A stretch of 64,000 bases of DNA. Source: Eledone cirrhosa (Eukaryota). How positions within the stretch are numbered: position 1 is the first letter of the stretch; each line of letters opens with the position of its first letter. Under the pieces are notes generated by a model. That model did not search any database, was not told where the DNA came from, and was given only the letters and a program-made list of their open reading frames with translations. The translations under genes and the position numbers were made by a program. The stretch lies in assembly GCA_964016885.1 (NCBI GenBank), contig OZ024746.1:2170001-2234000 (forward strand), given 5' to 3'. Shown here one piece after another: positions 14,301 through 27,045 of the stretch.

Positions 14301-17300
14301 ATTACCATAATTCTAATGAAATACACTGCCTGTGTTATTACCATAATTCTAATGAAATACACTGCCTGTGTGTTATTACCATAATTCTAATGAAATACAC
14401 TGCCTATGTTAGTACCATAATTCTAATGAAATACACTGCCTGTGTTATTACCATAATTCTAATGAGATACACTGCCTGTGTTATTATCATAATACTAATG
14501 AGATACACTGCCTATGTTAGTACCATAATTCTAATGAAATACACTGCCTATGTGTTATTACCATAATTCTAATGAAATACACTGCCTCTGTGTTATTACC
14601 ATAATTTTAATTAAATTCACTGCCTGTGTTATTACCATAATTCTAATGAAATACACTGCCTATGTGTTATTACCATAATTCTAATGAAATACACTGCCCC
14701 TGTATTATTACCATAATTCTAATGAAATTCACTGCCTGTGTTATTACCATAATTCTAATGAAATACACTGCCCCTGTATTATTACCATAATTCTAATGAA
14801 ATACACTGCCTGTGTTATTACCATAATTCTAATGAAATACACTGCCTGTGTGTTATTACCATAATTCTAATGAAATACACTGCCTATGTTAGTACCATAA
14901 TTCTAATGAAATACACTGCCTGTGTTATTACCATAATTCTAATGAGATACACTGCCTGTGTTATTATCATAATACTAATGAGATACACTGCCTATGTTAG
15001 TACCATAATTCTAATGAAATACACTGCCTGTGTTATTACCATAATTCTAATGAGATACACTGCCTCTGTGTTATTACCATAATTTTAATTAAATTCACTG
15101 CCTGTGTTATTACCATAATTCTAATGAAATACACTGCCTATGTGTTATTACCATAATTCTAATGAAATACACTGCCCCTGTATTATTACCATAATTCTAA
15201 TGAAATTCACTGCCTGTGTTATTACCATAATTCTAATGAAATACACTGCCCCTGTATTATTACCATAATTCTAATGAAATACACTGCCTGTGTGTTATTA
15301 CCATAATTCTAATGAAATTCACTGCCTGTGTTATTACCATAATTCTAATGAAATTCACTGCCTGTGTTATTACCATAATTCTAATGAAATTCACTGCCTG
15401 TGTCATTACCATAATTCTAATGAAATTCACTGCCTGTGTGTTATTACCATAATTCTAATGGAATAAACTGCCTCTGTGTTATTACCATAATTCTAATGAA
15501 ATACACTGCCTGTGTTATTACCATAATTCTAATGAAATACACTGCCTGTGTGTTATTACCATAATTTTAATGAAATTCACTGCCTGTGTTATTACCATAA
15601 TTCTAATGAAATACACTGCCTGTGTTATTACCATAATTCTAATGAAATACACTGCCTCTGTGTTATTACCATAATTTTAATGAAATTCACTGCCTGTGTT
15701 ATTACCATAATTCTAATGAAATTCACTGCCTGTGTTATTACCATAATTCTAATGGAATACACTGCCTGTGTTATTACCATAATTCTAATGAAATTCACTG
15801 CCTGTGTGTTATTACCATAATTCTAATGGAATAAACTGCCTCTGTGTTATTACCATAATTCTAATGAAATACACTGCCTGTGTTATTACCATAATTCTAA
15901 TGAAATTCACTGCCTCTGTGTTATTACCATAATTCTAATGAAATACACTGCCTGTGTTATTACCATAATTCTAATGAAATACACTGCCTGTGTGTTATTA
16001 CCATAATTCTAATGAAATACACTGCCTATGTTAGTACCATAATTCTAATGAAATACACTGCCTGTGTTATTACCATAATTCTAATGAGATACACTGCCTG
16101 TGTTATTATCATAATACTAATGAGATACACTGCCTATGTTAGTACCATAATTCTAATGAAATACACTGCCTATGTGTTATTACCATAATTCTAATGAAAT
16201 ACACTGCCTCTGTGTTATTACCATAATTTTAATTAAATTCACTGCCTGTGTTATTACCATAATTCTAATGAAATACACTGCCTATGTGTTATTACCATAA
16301 TTCTAATGAAATACACTGCCCCTGTATTATTACCATAATTCTAATGAAATTCACTGCCTGTGTTATTACCATAATTCTAATGAAATACACTGCCCCTGTA
16401 TTATTACCATAATTCTAATGAAATACACTGCCTGTGTTATTACCATAATTCTAATGAAATACACTGCCTGTGTGTTATTACCATAATTCTAATGAAATAC
16501 ACTGCCTATGTTAGTACCATAATTCTAATGAAATACACTGCCTGTGTTATTACCATAATTCTAATGAGATACACTGCCTGTGTTATTATCATAATACTAA
16601 TGAGATACACTGCCTATGTTAGTACCATAATTCTAATGAAATACACTGCCTGTGTTATTACCATAATTCTAATGAGATACACTGCCTCTGTGTTATTACC
16701 ATAATTTTAATTAAATTCACTGCCTGTGTTATTACCATAATTCTAATGAAATACACTGCCTATGTGTTATTACCATAATTCTAATGAAATACACTGCCCC
16801 TGTATTATTACCATAATTCTAATGAAATTCACTGCCTGTGTTATTACCATAATTCTAATGAAATACACTGCCCCTGTATTATTACCATAATTCTAATGAA
16901 ATACACTGCCTGTGTGTTATTACCATAATTCTAATGAAATTCACTGCCTGTGTTATTACCATAATTCTAATGAAATACACTGCCTATGTGTTATTACCAT
17001 AATTCTAATGAAAGTCACTGCCTGTGTGTTATTACCATAATTCTAATGAAATACACTGCCTATCTGTTATTACCATAATTCTAATGAAAGTCACTGCCTG
17101 TGTTATTACCATAATTCTAATGAAATACACTGCCTATGTTATTACCATAATTCTAATGAAATACACTGCCTGTGTTATTACCATAATTCTAATGAGATAC
17201 ACTGCCTCTGTGTTATTACCATAATTCTAATGAAATACACTGCCTCTGTGTTATTACCATAATTCTAATGAAATACACTGCCTGTGTGTTATTACCATAA

Positions 17301-17739
17301 TTCTAATGAAATTCACTGCCTCTGTGTTATTACCATAATTCTAATGAAATACACTGCCTCTGTGTTATTACCATAATTCTAATGAGATACACTGCCTCTG
17401 TGTTATTACCATAATTCTAATGAAATACACTGCCTCTGTGTTATTACCATAATTCTAATGAAATTCACTGCCTCTGTGTTATTACCATAATTCTAATGAA
17501 ATACACTGCCTGTGTTATTACCATAATTCTAATGAAATACACTGCCTGTGTGTTCCAATTAATTCTGAAAAATAACTCAACATTTTGAGGCATTTAATAA
17601 ACTAACCAAGTTTATCATTAGTACAAAAATTTCTAAAATAAATTCATGATGGAAGGTTTTAATATAAGGATAAATATTTTAAAATGAACTGGAGCTGTTT
17701 TGTATCATAATTCCAGGGCAGTTTGGTATCAAGAGTTAA
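11330..17739 (+). mobile_element. Family B MITE whose 5' part has expanded into a satellite
   Basis: TTAA at 11330; after the array, 17555-17739 continues the family B body and ends ggtatcaagagTTAA, matching 59018-59237. Confidence 0.8.
11339..17554. repeat. ~6.2-kb tandem satellite, 36/38-bp monomer TTATTACCATAATTCTAATGAAATACACTGCCTGTG(TG), roughly 165-170 copies
   Basis: Directly visible head-to-tail repeats with no spacers; higher-order duplication at offset 1622. Confidence 0.98.
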
Positions 17740-19340
17740 CACTACCTTTTGATCAGTCTAAGCAATTCTATTCAGGTGCATTGTCATCATCAGCAACATT
17801 TAACATCTTCCACGCTAGCATGGGTAGGACCAGTATTTCTGTATTTTTTTAGGTTGGGTTTAAAACTTAGAACCTTTTATTTCTAATACTGGATTTCAAG
17901 ATTATTCAGCACTATTTCAACATTCCATATAAGGTATTGAAACAATGACTTAATATACAGGTTTCCAAAATCTAACTTGATCCAAGGAAATGTATCTAAA
18001 GAATAGATTATCTAATGACAATAGGATTAGATATTGAAATGATCAAATCAAGAGAAGTGAAGTCTGTAAAATTTAAGTTACCACAACAATATATCTCAGA
18101 AATTCAAATCTATATTTCTGTTGACTATAAGCTATGTTGTATCATACTTTGTCTCAATTTAGGTTCAACACTGATGTTTCTCCAGGTATGGTCAGAAACA
18201 GCTTTTATTCAGGAGAGAATTTCTAAAGAGTTCTACAAATGGCATTGTGTGTAGTTTTCATTTACTTTGTGTCATAGTTGTTAATGGTGATCTTTATCTT
18301 GTGCAGTCTGTAGCTAATTTTTCTGACATTTTAACAATGTCTATAGCTGCTAAGAAAAACTCTTCAAAGTTGCTGCCAGTCCGTGTCAATTTTAAGATAA
18401 CTCAGTATTACCATGTCTGTATTTCATTTAATCATGCCTAAGGATTTAAATGTTCCTGTGTCTTTAGAGAATATAGAAATGTTTACATTATGTTGAATTA
18501 ATATTGCATGGCTGCTGTATATATTGTTGAATTAATATTATACAACTGCTGTTGGTCTTGATAATATGGCAAAAGCTGTGAAGTCAGTGGTTAATCTGTT
18601 TTTAATGTATATAGTTTAAAACCTATGAATGTATTTAATGTATATAGTTATTTTAGTGATTTGAAGTTGATTGCTAGAACATAGGTCATTTAAGCAAATT
18701 TACTAGAATGGAAAATTGATTACTGAAGTGAATATATATATTTTTTCAATGCAACATTTAAATGGAAGCTTCCCCTCTCTCTCTGTCCTCCTTATGTAAT
18801 ATTAACAGACACTGATGTTGTAGATGATATTGTCAACTTTCATTGAAATTTATCATTTTAATGTTAGTAATAGGTTGGATGTTCAGTTCATCTTTCTGTC
18901 ACTCTTTATTCTGAATTGTCATTTATGAAACCCAACATTCTGTGATCAACACCACTTCTTCCCCTTTCTCTACCATAGGCAACCTTCCACTACCAACAGC
19001 AAACAGTACTGTATTCATTGTTTATATGCATCACATATGCCTGTGCTACAATCTCTCCTGTATATGTCACCCGATGTCTGCTTTCTTAGCTCCCTTGAAC
19101 AACACATAAGGTGTCACCACTATTCATGGTTTAACTGAACTCATTCTTAAAAAATGTGTGGCAGTTCAGACTTTTGGATTTAATTAATAGATTATTATGA
19201 TACTTTTCATATCAACCTGTCAAAAACTGCATTTGGCTCTAAGAAACAAAACCACCCATTTTAAAAGATTCCTATTTAAATTAAAATTTTTCAACTTAAT
19301 TTGATAGAAGAATTTTTTGCTACATTATAAATAGCATCCC

Positions 19341-20528
19341 ATCATCATCATCATCGTTGTTTTTGCGTTCACTTTTCCACACTTGCATAGATTGGACGGG
19401 TCCTTCTCAGCATGGTATCTCTCCACATACCATGATCCTTTGTCATATCCTCTGTGAGTCTATGATTTGAGGTCAGCTTTCACAACCTCTGCCCAGGTCT
19501 TTCTTGGTCTGCCTCTACGACGACTTCCTTCCACTGGCATTTCCTGACACTTCTTCCCCCAATGATCAGTGTCCATGCGCATCACATGTCCATACCAACA
19601 CAGTTGCCTCTCCTGCACACTACCTCGAATTCTTCTTAAACTTAAATTCTTCAGCTTGTCCAAGCTCTGCCTTTCTCTCTCACTTACATTGCACATCCAA
19701 CAGAGCATGGTTGCTTTATTTCACTCCAGTCTACACGTTCTCTGCAGTCACAGTCCATATTTCACTACCTTGCAGCATATCACTTCACACACAGGTGTCA
19801 TAAAGTTGCCATTTTGTATGTAGGGAGAAGTTTTTTTGTGATAACAGTGGGAGTAACTCTCTAAACTTTTTCCATCCTATCCTTATTTTAGCTATTAGGC
19901 TCTCAACACTCTCCATTTCTAATTATGTCACCATTACGTCTCTTGTGTACATTGTATAGAGTTTATGTCTACTTTCTATATACTGAGGAGGGCCACTTCC
20001 CTGAAGGGATCAGGGTCCTATCTTCTCTCCTACTCACTAGCACTTCAGTTTTGGCTAAGTTTACTCTTAGGCCTTTTGATTCTAAATTTGGTTTCCTTAG
20101 TTGGAACTTATTTTCTAGGTCTTTAATGGATTCAGCTATAAGGAGCAGATTAACTGCATAGTTCCCATCGGCAGCCAGTTTTAAACTCCTCTGTTCTAGC
20201 CTAGAGGATCATGAAGAACAGCAATGGGTTAAGAACTGAACCCTGATGAACTCATATATACATTGAATTCCTCACTAAACTCATTTCCTACTCATACTTT
20301 GCTGACAGCTCCTATGTACATAACTTGCACTGCTCTCACCAACTATTCTTCTACACCTAATTTCCTTAAGGACCACCAGATAATAGATCGGGGTACTCTG
20401 TCAAGTGCTTTTTCTAGGTCAACAAAAACTAGGCATAGTGGCTTATTTTTGGATAAGAATTTCTATTGTAGTTGCCTCACTAAAAAGAGGGCATCTGTAT
20501 TACTTTTCCCAGGCATGAAACCAAGTCT
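19341..20528 (-). mobile_element. RTE-clade LINE fragment including reverse transcriptase relic, inserted in a family B MITE
   Basis: Minus strand FVDLEKALDRVPRSIIWWSLRKLGVEE near 20350-20430; WYGHVMRM...RGRPRKTW; (CAT)n tail at 19341. Confidence 0.9.
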
Positions 20529-21421
20529 CAATAATGAAATGATTAAGAATTTTCTCAAATCCTTCATTAATGAATTCTAACAGAGTATTTCATTAGAAAT
20601 ATGGTCACAAAAAAGCTAAGTGATTTTCAATAATGTTCAAATTTCAATTAGTTTGGCACTGAAACCTGAAGTGGGATGGTTAATTGCAAAAAAGAATTTT
20701 ATAGACATTCTACAATACTGAAATTTACCATTTAGATAAATGAGTAATTTTAATTAATGAAAAGATATTGGCTTATTTCATCAAGTATGCTAGGAGTTAC
20801 GTAACTTAAGTTTTTGTGCGGCGGGCATCTCTGAGTATTCTCTCCTTTTTAATATTATTTTTTATTTTAGCTTGTGTGTGTTTGTGAGTCATTGAAACTT
20901 AAGTTTATTTCCAACCCATGTTTTAGTCAAAGAGTTTTGGTGGTATTTTGATTATCATTGATATCTGATTAGTTTAGTTAACTATACTAAGTATAATCTT
21001 ACTTAATATACAATCAATAATTATTTTAGGATCTTTACATCGTCACTTCAATCCACCCATATTCTTAACACAATATTTTTATATAATAATTGGTAATTGA
21101 GCCATTTGACACTAATATTAGAATTAATTCCACTGAATTCATTCAATTATGTGTAGAGATACACAGGGCCCTTTTCACACTCAAATACACAGGTAAGCTT
21201 ATTAACCCTTATAGGCTCTTGTGTACATTATAGAAAGTCTCCAACTAGCTTACAATCTGAAAACATACATCAACTGAGTTCATAAGATTTGGACATCTTT
21301 ACAGATACCACCTGATACATGTACCACCATAAACTGTGTTTAGTTCAATATTGCTGCTATGTGATGATAAACACAGTATATATTCAAATGAACGTGCCTT
21401 TAGGTGTTGGCATTTTGTAAG

Positions 21422-21742
21422 TACTCTTGGGTCCCAAATAGTAGGAGGTGTTGGAAAATCGGTAATTTTTCTAGGTTGTCTCCATTGATTTTTTAAAAAC
21501 CAGAATTAGCTGTTTAGTTTACATATTGAGACCTATTGAGACCCCAACCTATCCTATTTATTTCATATGTGGGATTTCTAGTAATGTACTTTTTTTTGTC
21601 TTTGTCGTGTATAATGTTTTTTAATGTCTAAAGAAAATTGTCGCAGAAATGCTACCACTTAAAATCAAATTTTCACCAGAGATAGATTAGCTAAATTTAA
21701 TAAAGATGGTGGTGGTGGGGCATTATTTAAAACCTGAGAGTA
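21422..21742 (+). mobile_element. TA-flanked Tc1/mariner/pogo-type MITE
   Basis: Imperfect TIR TACTCTTGGGTCCCAAATA ... TATTTAAAACCTGAGAGTA; second copy at 38914-39274. Confidence 0.7.
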
Positions 21743-22209
21743 CTATATAGTTGTATTGAACTGAAGAACAGTCATTACAGCATGTGGACTAATATTTTGT
21801 AGACTTTTTACTTCTATGCTGATTGATATTAATGTTTTTCTCGGCTACATTTTGCATCTTTCTCACCTTTGCTATTTGGAACTTCGTGTACCTTATCATC
21901 CCTGTACCTTATCCCATGTCTACTTAGTAATGGAACTATTATACCTCATGTCTAGAAGTTTCCTGAGGAGACTTTTGAAATGTAATTACCACGTGTGTTG
22001 ATATAATTAATTAATTGGCTAATTATTATTGGTGACTACTATTATTGCATTTCAATAAATCGAAACGGTTGTAGAAATAAGTAAATGATCTGAACTCCAT
22101 AAAGTATTTGAATCATTGCCTGAATTGAATTATTATGTTCTGTTATTTTATATATCTGAGTTTTAACACACTTGGTAATAAATGAGTGTTATTTCCACTT
22201 ATATTGATC

Positions 22210-22241
<32 letters not shown>

Positions 22242-24462
22242 TAAATAAAAACAATGAAGTTTTGTTTACATGCATTTCGTTTTTTTTTAATTGTGTATTG
22301 ACCTATTATGCGTGTTTCTTGGGGGATTGGCTCAAGGTCACCTATAGAAGTTATGGACCTGGCTCCATTATTGATATGCTCCTCAGACTAGTGATTGAAC
22401 AAAACTATTATATATAGTTGAAACCCTTTTTTTTTTTCTTATATAGTTAATCCTTAATCAATTTATATAAATATAAAATAGATGCTAGGAGTACAATATC
22501 CAATTACTATATTCACCCATTTAAATGGTATGAACCTTCATGATTGGGGTGCTAAAATAAAATGTAGCAAATGTTGATATACATTCATAGATGCATGGCT
22601 GCTCTAAAACCCCACTAGTCAGCAGCTCTCATCACTGATTGCACTAGAACTAAGTTAATTAATTTATGGGATAAAGTAGCTCAGCATATTCCTGAGAACC
22701 TGTAGATCAATGGAGCTTTTTGTAGTTGTTGTCAACAGTTCTATAGCTTTCTTATTAAAAACAGTGAACAGATCGTTTTTCTGTCAACATTGATTGTCTC
22801 TGTAGTGTGTTGTAAATATTTAATCTGTAATGATTCACAGTAAAAACTCCCTCCTTATTATTGATTGGTGTGTATGTTTTGTTTCTTGTTACTCAGACAC
22901 ATCATAGATTTACAGAAGAGATGTTGTAATGTTCATGCATTTCTTGTAGGAGGCATTAATAATGTAATGGAATGTATAGCTTTAATTGAATCTGTCATTG
23001 TACACACACATGGACACATTCCCTACCAAAACAATTGTTTAACTCTTACATCCTGTACCACATGAAACTATATTAGCAAGACATTTTTGAAAAGTTCAAA
23101 ACAGCAATATGACTGAATTACTTTAAAAGTCTTTACTTTAGTTTACTGCAAATTTTCACAATCTATTCACTAGTAAAGATGCTGTAAATATTAGATTTAA
23201 CAAATCTGTTTTGAGATATTTTCTTCTAAATTATTGCAGGATGTTATAAATTAGTAACTAATATCAAAACAAACTGACAACTATAATATACTATAAAACA
23301 TCAGTAATAGAGAAACAAAATAATAGTGTTTGTTGTTGTTTAGCCTTAGTTCATTCCAACTGTGACCACCCTATCTATTTTTAACTTATTTAAAACCATA
23401 AAGTGTGTCTCTAGGAAATCTATTGTTATATCTTCTATGTCAAGTGAACATGTTTTCTTCATCACATTTTATCTGCCCTATATTGTTACTTGATACAGTA
23501 TATCTATCTCTCTAGGTTCATTGAATTCTCTTCTTTTCTATCTGTTGTTAACAGCACAATCTCCTCATTTGATTTTTTTATATTGTAAAATGTACCCAGT
23601 ATAACCTGTAAGGAAGTTGACAATAGGAAGGGCATCCAGCTGTAGAAACTTTGCCAAAAAAGGGTCAAGAGGATTCTTTATTTGTGCACAACAACCTCCC
23701 TAGTGCTGGTGCCAGGATAAAGTATACCCAGTGCACTCTGTAGAATGCGAGAATATAACAGATTGCAATATAGCCATGTCTGAAAATGCATGAAAAGCAT
23801 GTGATGACCTTTAATCACTAATTTTAGAATTTTATTGAAATGGTATCATGTCCCAAAATCTCACAATTTATTTAGCTCTATACCTACTACAAATGTATCT
23901 AAAGTACAATCTCTGTGGCTTGTACTTTTAGATTTAGCTAGATCTGACAACACATGAATAGCTTACGCTCATGTGAAATCGTTTGTTACATGCTACAAAA
24001 TAGGCTTTATATAAATATTCAAAAAATTGTCAAAATAAGAAAAAGTTTTATTTTCAAGAACCTGAAAAAAAAAACCAGTCGGCTGCTGTCCTATGGACAC
24101 TATTTGCGTAATTTAAAGATGATTATCACCTCAATTTCAAAGATATGACATCACAAATATGGATAATTATTCATTTAGGCCTAATTAGGCAAGATTTCAA
24201 CCATTAAAATTGTCATATTTCCTAAAGTATTCATCCAAATTTCGCAAATGAGGTATCAAAATGTTTCTTTTTTTATACTCTCTGAGAAAACATACAGTAG
24301 AAATTAGATTTAAATATTTCCAAAATTTCATAGTTCTACTGTTAATCTGTATGAATATCAAATCTGTTGAGCTATTTTGTTCAGTAACAAAGCCTAATAT
24401 ATTTGTTGTTTAGCCCTAAGTTCAACTAGATCTAAGCATTCCAGCATGACCATCCTGTCTGT

Positions 24463-24690
24463 TTAACCCTTTCATCACTATATTTTTAATGAAAAATACT
24501 GCCTATGATTTTCAAATAACTTTGAAAATAAGGCTTTGAAAAGATTTCATAATACAACTAACTTTCTCATTAGTGTCCTTGTGTTTGGAACATAACTTAA
24601 AGATTCTTACATTATATTGGAAGGGTTTTTAGATAAACACTTTGAAATAAACATTTAAATATCATTTGGTTTGGCATCAAAAGGAGTTAA
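24463..24690 (+). mobile_element. Family B MITE inserted at a TTAA inside the unclassified ~220-bp repeat
   Basis: TTAACCCTTTCATCAC ... CATCAAAAGGAGTTAA; host repeat motifs continue on both sides. Confidence 0.75.
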
Positions 24691-25871
24691 CGTTATCTAG
24701 AACAATATTATCTAATGTTTTTCTTGTATTTAAGATGAAGTGTGAATATTTGGCTGCTATTGTTAGCAGGCTATGTAATCATATAGATTAGGTCACTCTT
24801 TCACTTGACCTAATTCGTTTATATTAATTTAGACTTTTTTTGTGTGTGTGACATTTGTAATGAAGCTTAGTCATTAGTGATTTTTTTAAAACATCCTATT
24901 CAGTATAATATTATTTCTGAATATATGTTATTTATATTTTTGTTGCAGCTAAATGTTAATCAAATAATTAATTTTGTTAAAGACTACTCCATGAAGACTT
25001 TTAAACACCCCCTCCCCCATTGTTAAAAGTCTTTTCACTTTTAATTCTAAACATTGAAATCTCAGATTTAATTTTCAATTGTTAACATTAAAATTTATTT
25101 GGTTTATATAAAACATGTTACAACAAATGGGCTTAATTGCAATATTATTGTTAAAAGTTGTTTAATTTCAGTTGAATGGTTTTAAGCCAGTGGCACATGA
25201 TATCTGATATCTGTATTGTGATTTTTACAATAACTGAATTATTAAAAGTTAAAACTCAGCATTAGAAACACATCATTTCAAAATCATTAGTGGATTTTAT
25301 GACCAGGTTACTTTGAAATTATCTCATTTAGATTCTCTTTCAAGGGACATTTGCTTTTATTGTAGTGACATTAAGATTTTCTGCTTCTTTCAAAATTCAA
25401 ACTGCAAAGATATTTTTTGATATTCTCAAATACATTATCATTTTTTGTTGTTGTGTAATATAGAGATTGGTGTAGTTACTCTCTTTCTCGCCCTCCTTCT
25501 CACTCACACAAGCAATATTTAGTGCTTTACCTTGGTCAATACCTATGAAACCATATCTACTTAACAGCTACAACCTCTTAATTTGATGTCTTTTATCCAT
25601 GGTTTTATGGCATATCTCTTCACTATTTTAGGTAAATTAATTCCTATTGTGTATTTTTTTAAACTTTTCTAAAAAGGTCTTATTATACTGTTATACTTTG
25701 GGAGGGTCATGTTGCCAATATGTTGGCAACATGACCCTCCCAAAGTATAACAATATCGGTTTCAACACACGATTTCAGATAAAGAATCTTGCTAAACAAA
25801 TTCAGAAACGAAATCTTATTATACTAAAATGAGAGAAGTAATGTTTTTATTTTAATTTTATTTTTTTCCAG

Positions 25872-26039
25872 AGGGATGAATGAGTTGAAAAATTTACAGT
25901 ATTTACCTCGTGCATCAGAGCCACGGGAAGTTTTAGTGGAAGACAGAACTCGTTGCCATGCTGACCATGTAGGACATGGATTTGATAGGCGCACAACTGC
26001 AGCTGTAGGGGTACTGAAAGCTGTCAACAAACCAAAAGA
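25872..26039 (+). CDS. RSBN1: RSBN1/RSBN1L-family (putative lysine demethylase) internal coding exon
   Basis: tttttttccag acceptor and GTAAGG donor; encodes GMNELKNLQYLPRASEPREVLVEDRTRCHADHVGHGFDRRTTAAVGVLKAV, matching the conserved RSBN1 domain as I recall it. Confidence 0.93.
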
Positions 26040-26157
26040 GTAAGGCTTTTCATTATTTTTGTGTAAATTAGAATTTTTATTGTTGGTTATTTTATTTTTA
26101 TTTTCTAAAGTTATTTTTACTTGAATAATGCTTTTCTTCTCTGTTCCAATTTTACAG

Positions 26158-26269
26158 AATTCCTAAGCAGAATAGAATTGTTAAAGATGTGATCTGTTTC
26201 CACCCAGGAGATTTTCTTGAATTAGTTAATAAGATGCAACTTGATTTACATGAACCCCCTGTATCACAA
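26158..26269 (+). CDS. RSBN1: RSBN1-family internal coding exon
   Basis: tttacag acceptor and GTAGGT donor; phase-compatible; encodes [37 protein letters not shown]. Confidence 0.93.
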
Positions 26270-26517
26270 GTAGGTACCATGATTTTTATTTGTTAAAATT
26301 TTATATTTGCTATTTTAGTGGGGGTAGAGGAGAGTTAAAAATTTAAGTTACAGGTGACACGCATCTTAAAATAGAATGTAGTGATACAAACATTGACTTT
26401 GGTACAAAAAGTCTGTTAGAAAAAAACAATTTTGGCTGTGCCTTTAGTGTCATTTTATCACCAAGCAACTGTGGCAGTCCTTAATTCTTCATAAATTTTA
26501 CCTATTGCCTTTAAAAA

Positions 26518-26920
26518 TCATCATGTTTGTTTTACATTCGTTTTTCCATGCTTGCATGAGTTGTAAGGGTCCTAGCATTCCTCCACATGTTGCAGTCCTT
26601 TGCCATCTCTGTGAACTTCCGCGATTTCTTGCCACTTCTTCTCCCAACGCTCATTGTCACGTGTCCACACCAGCACAGTTTTCTCTCCTGTTCACTACAT
26701 TTTATTCTTCTTATACTCAGCTTTTCTCTTAGCTTGTCCATGCGTTGGACATTGCACATCAATCAGAACATGCTTGCTCCACTTCTCTCCAGTCTTCACA
26801 TATCCTTTGCATTCACTGCTCATGTCTCATTCCCATACAACATCGCACACTGTCATCATATAAAGCCTACTTTTGTTCATTGAGAAAAACCTTTTGTTAC
26901 CAACAGAAGTAGAAATTTGC
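26518..26920 (-). mobile_element. Decayed RTE LINE 3' fragment in the last RSBN1 intron
   Basis: DKLREKLSIRRIKC..KLCWCGHV relic homologous to other RTE copies. Confidence 0.8.
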
Positions 26921-27045
26921 AGTACAAGAAACAACCCTAGTTTAAGATACAGCCTATTATTATGATATTGCATGCAATTGTTGAATTCTCATTTTTCCAT
27001 AACTATTATATGAATATAAACAACAATCTATTGTTTGTTTTACAG

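Noticed and set aside
11968-17224. Cys/His-rich ORFs (CYYHNSNEIHCL)n suggesting a metal-binding protein
   Set aside because: Translation artefact of the 36-bp monomer; 38-bp variants break the frame at irregular intervals
11339-17554. CRISPR-like array (36-38-bp repeats)
   Set aside because: Repeats are contiguous with no unique spacers, there are no cas genes and the context is eukaryotic
26962-27045. N-terminus of the 835-aa ORF as a real start
   Set aside because: Intronic; homology begins at the acceptor at 27045/27046 and continues from the upstream exon
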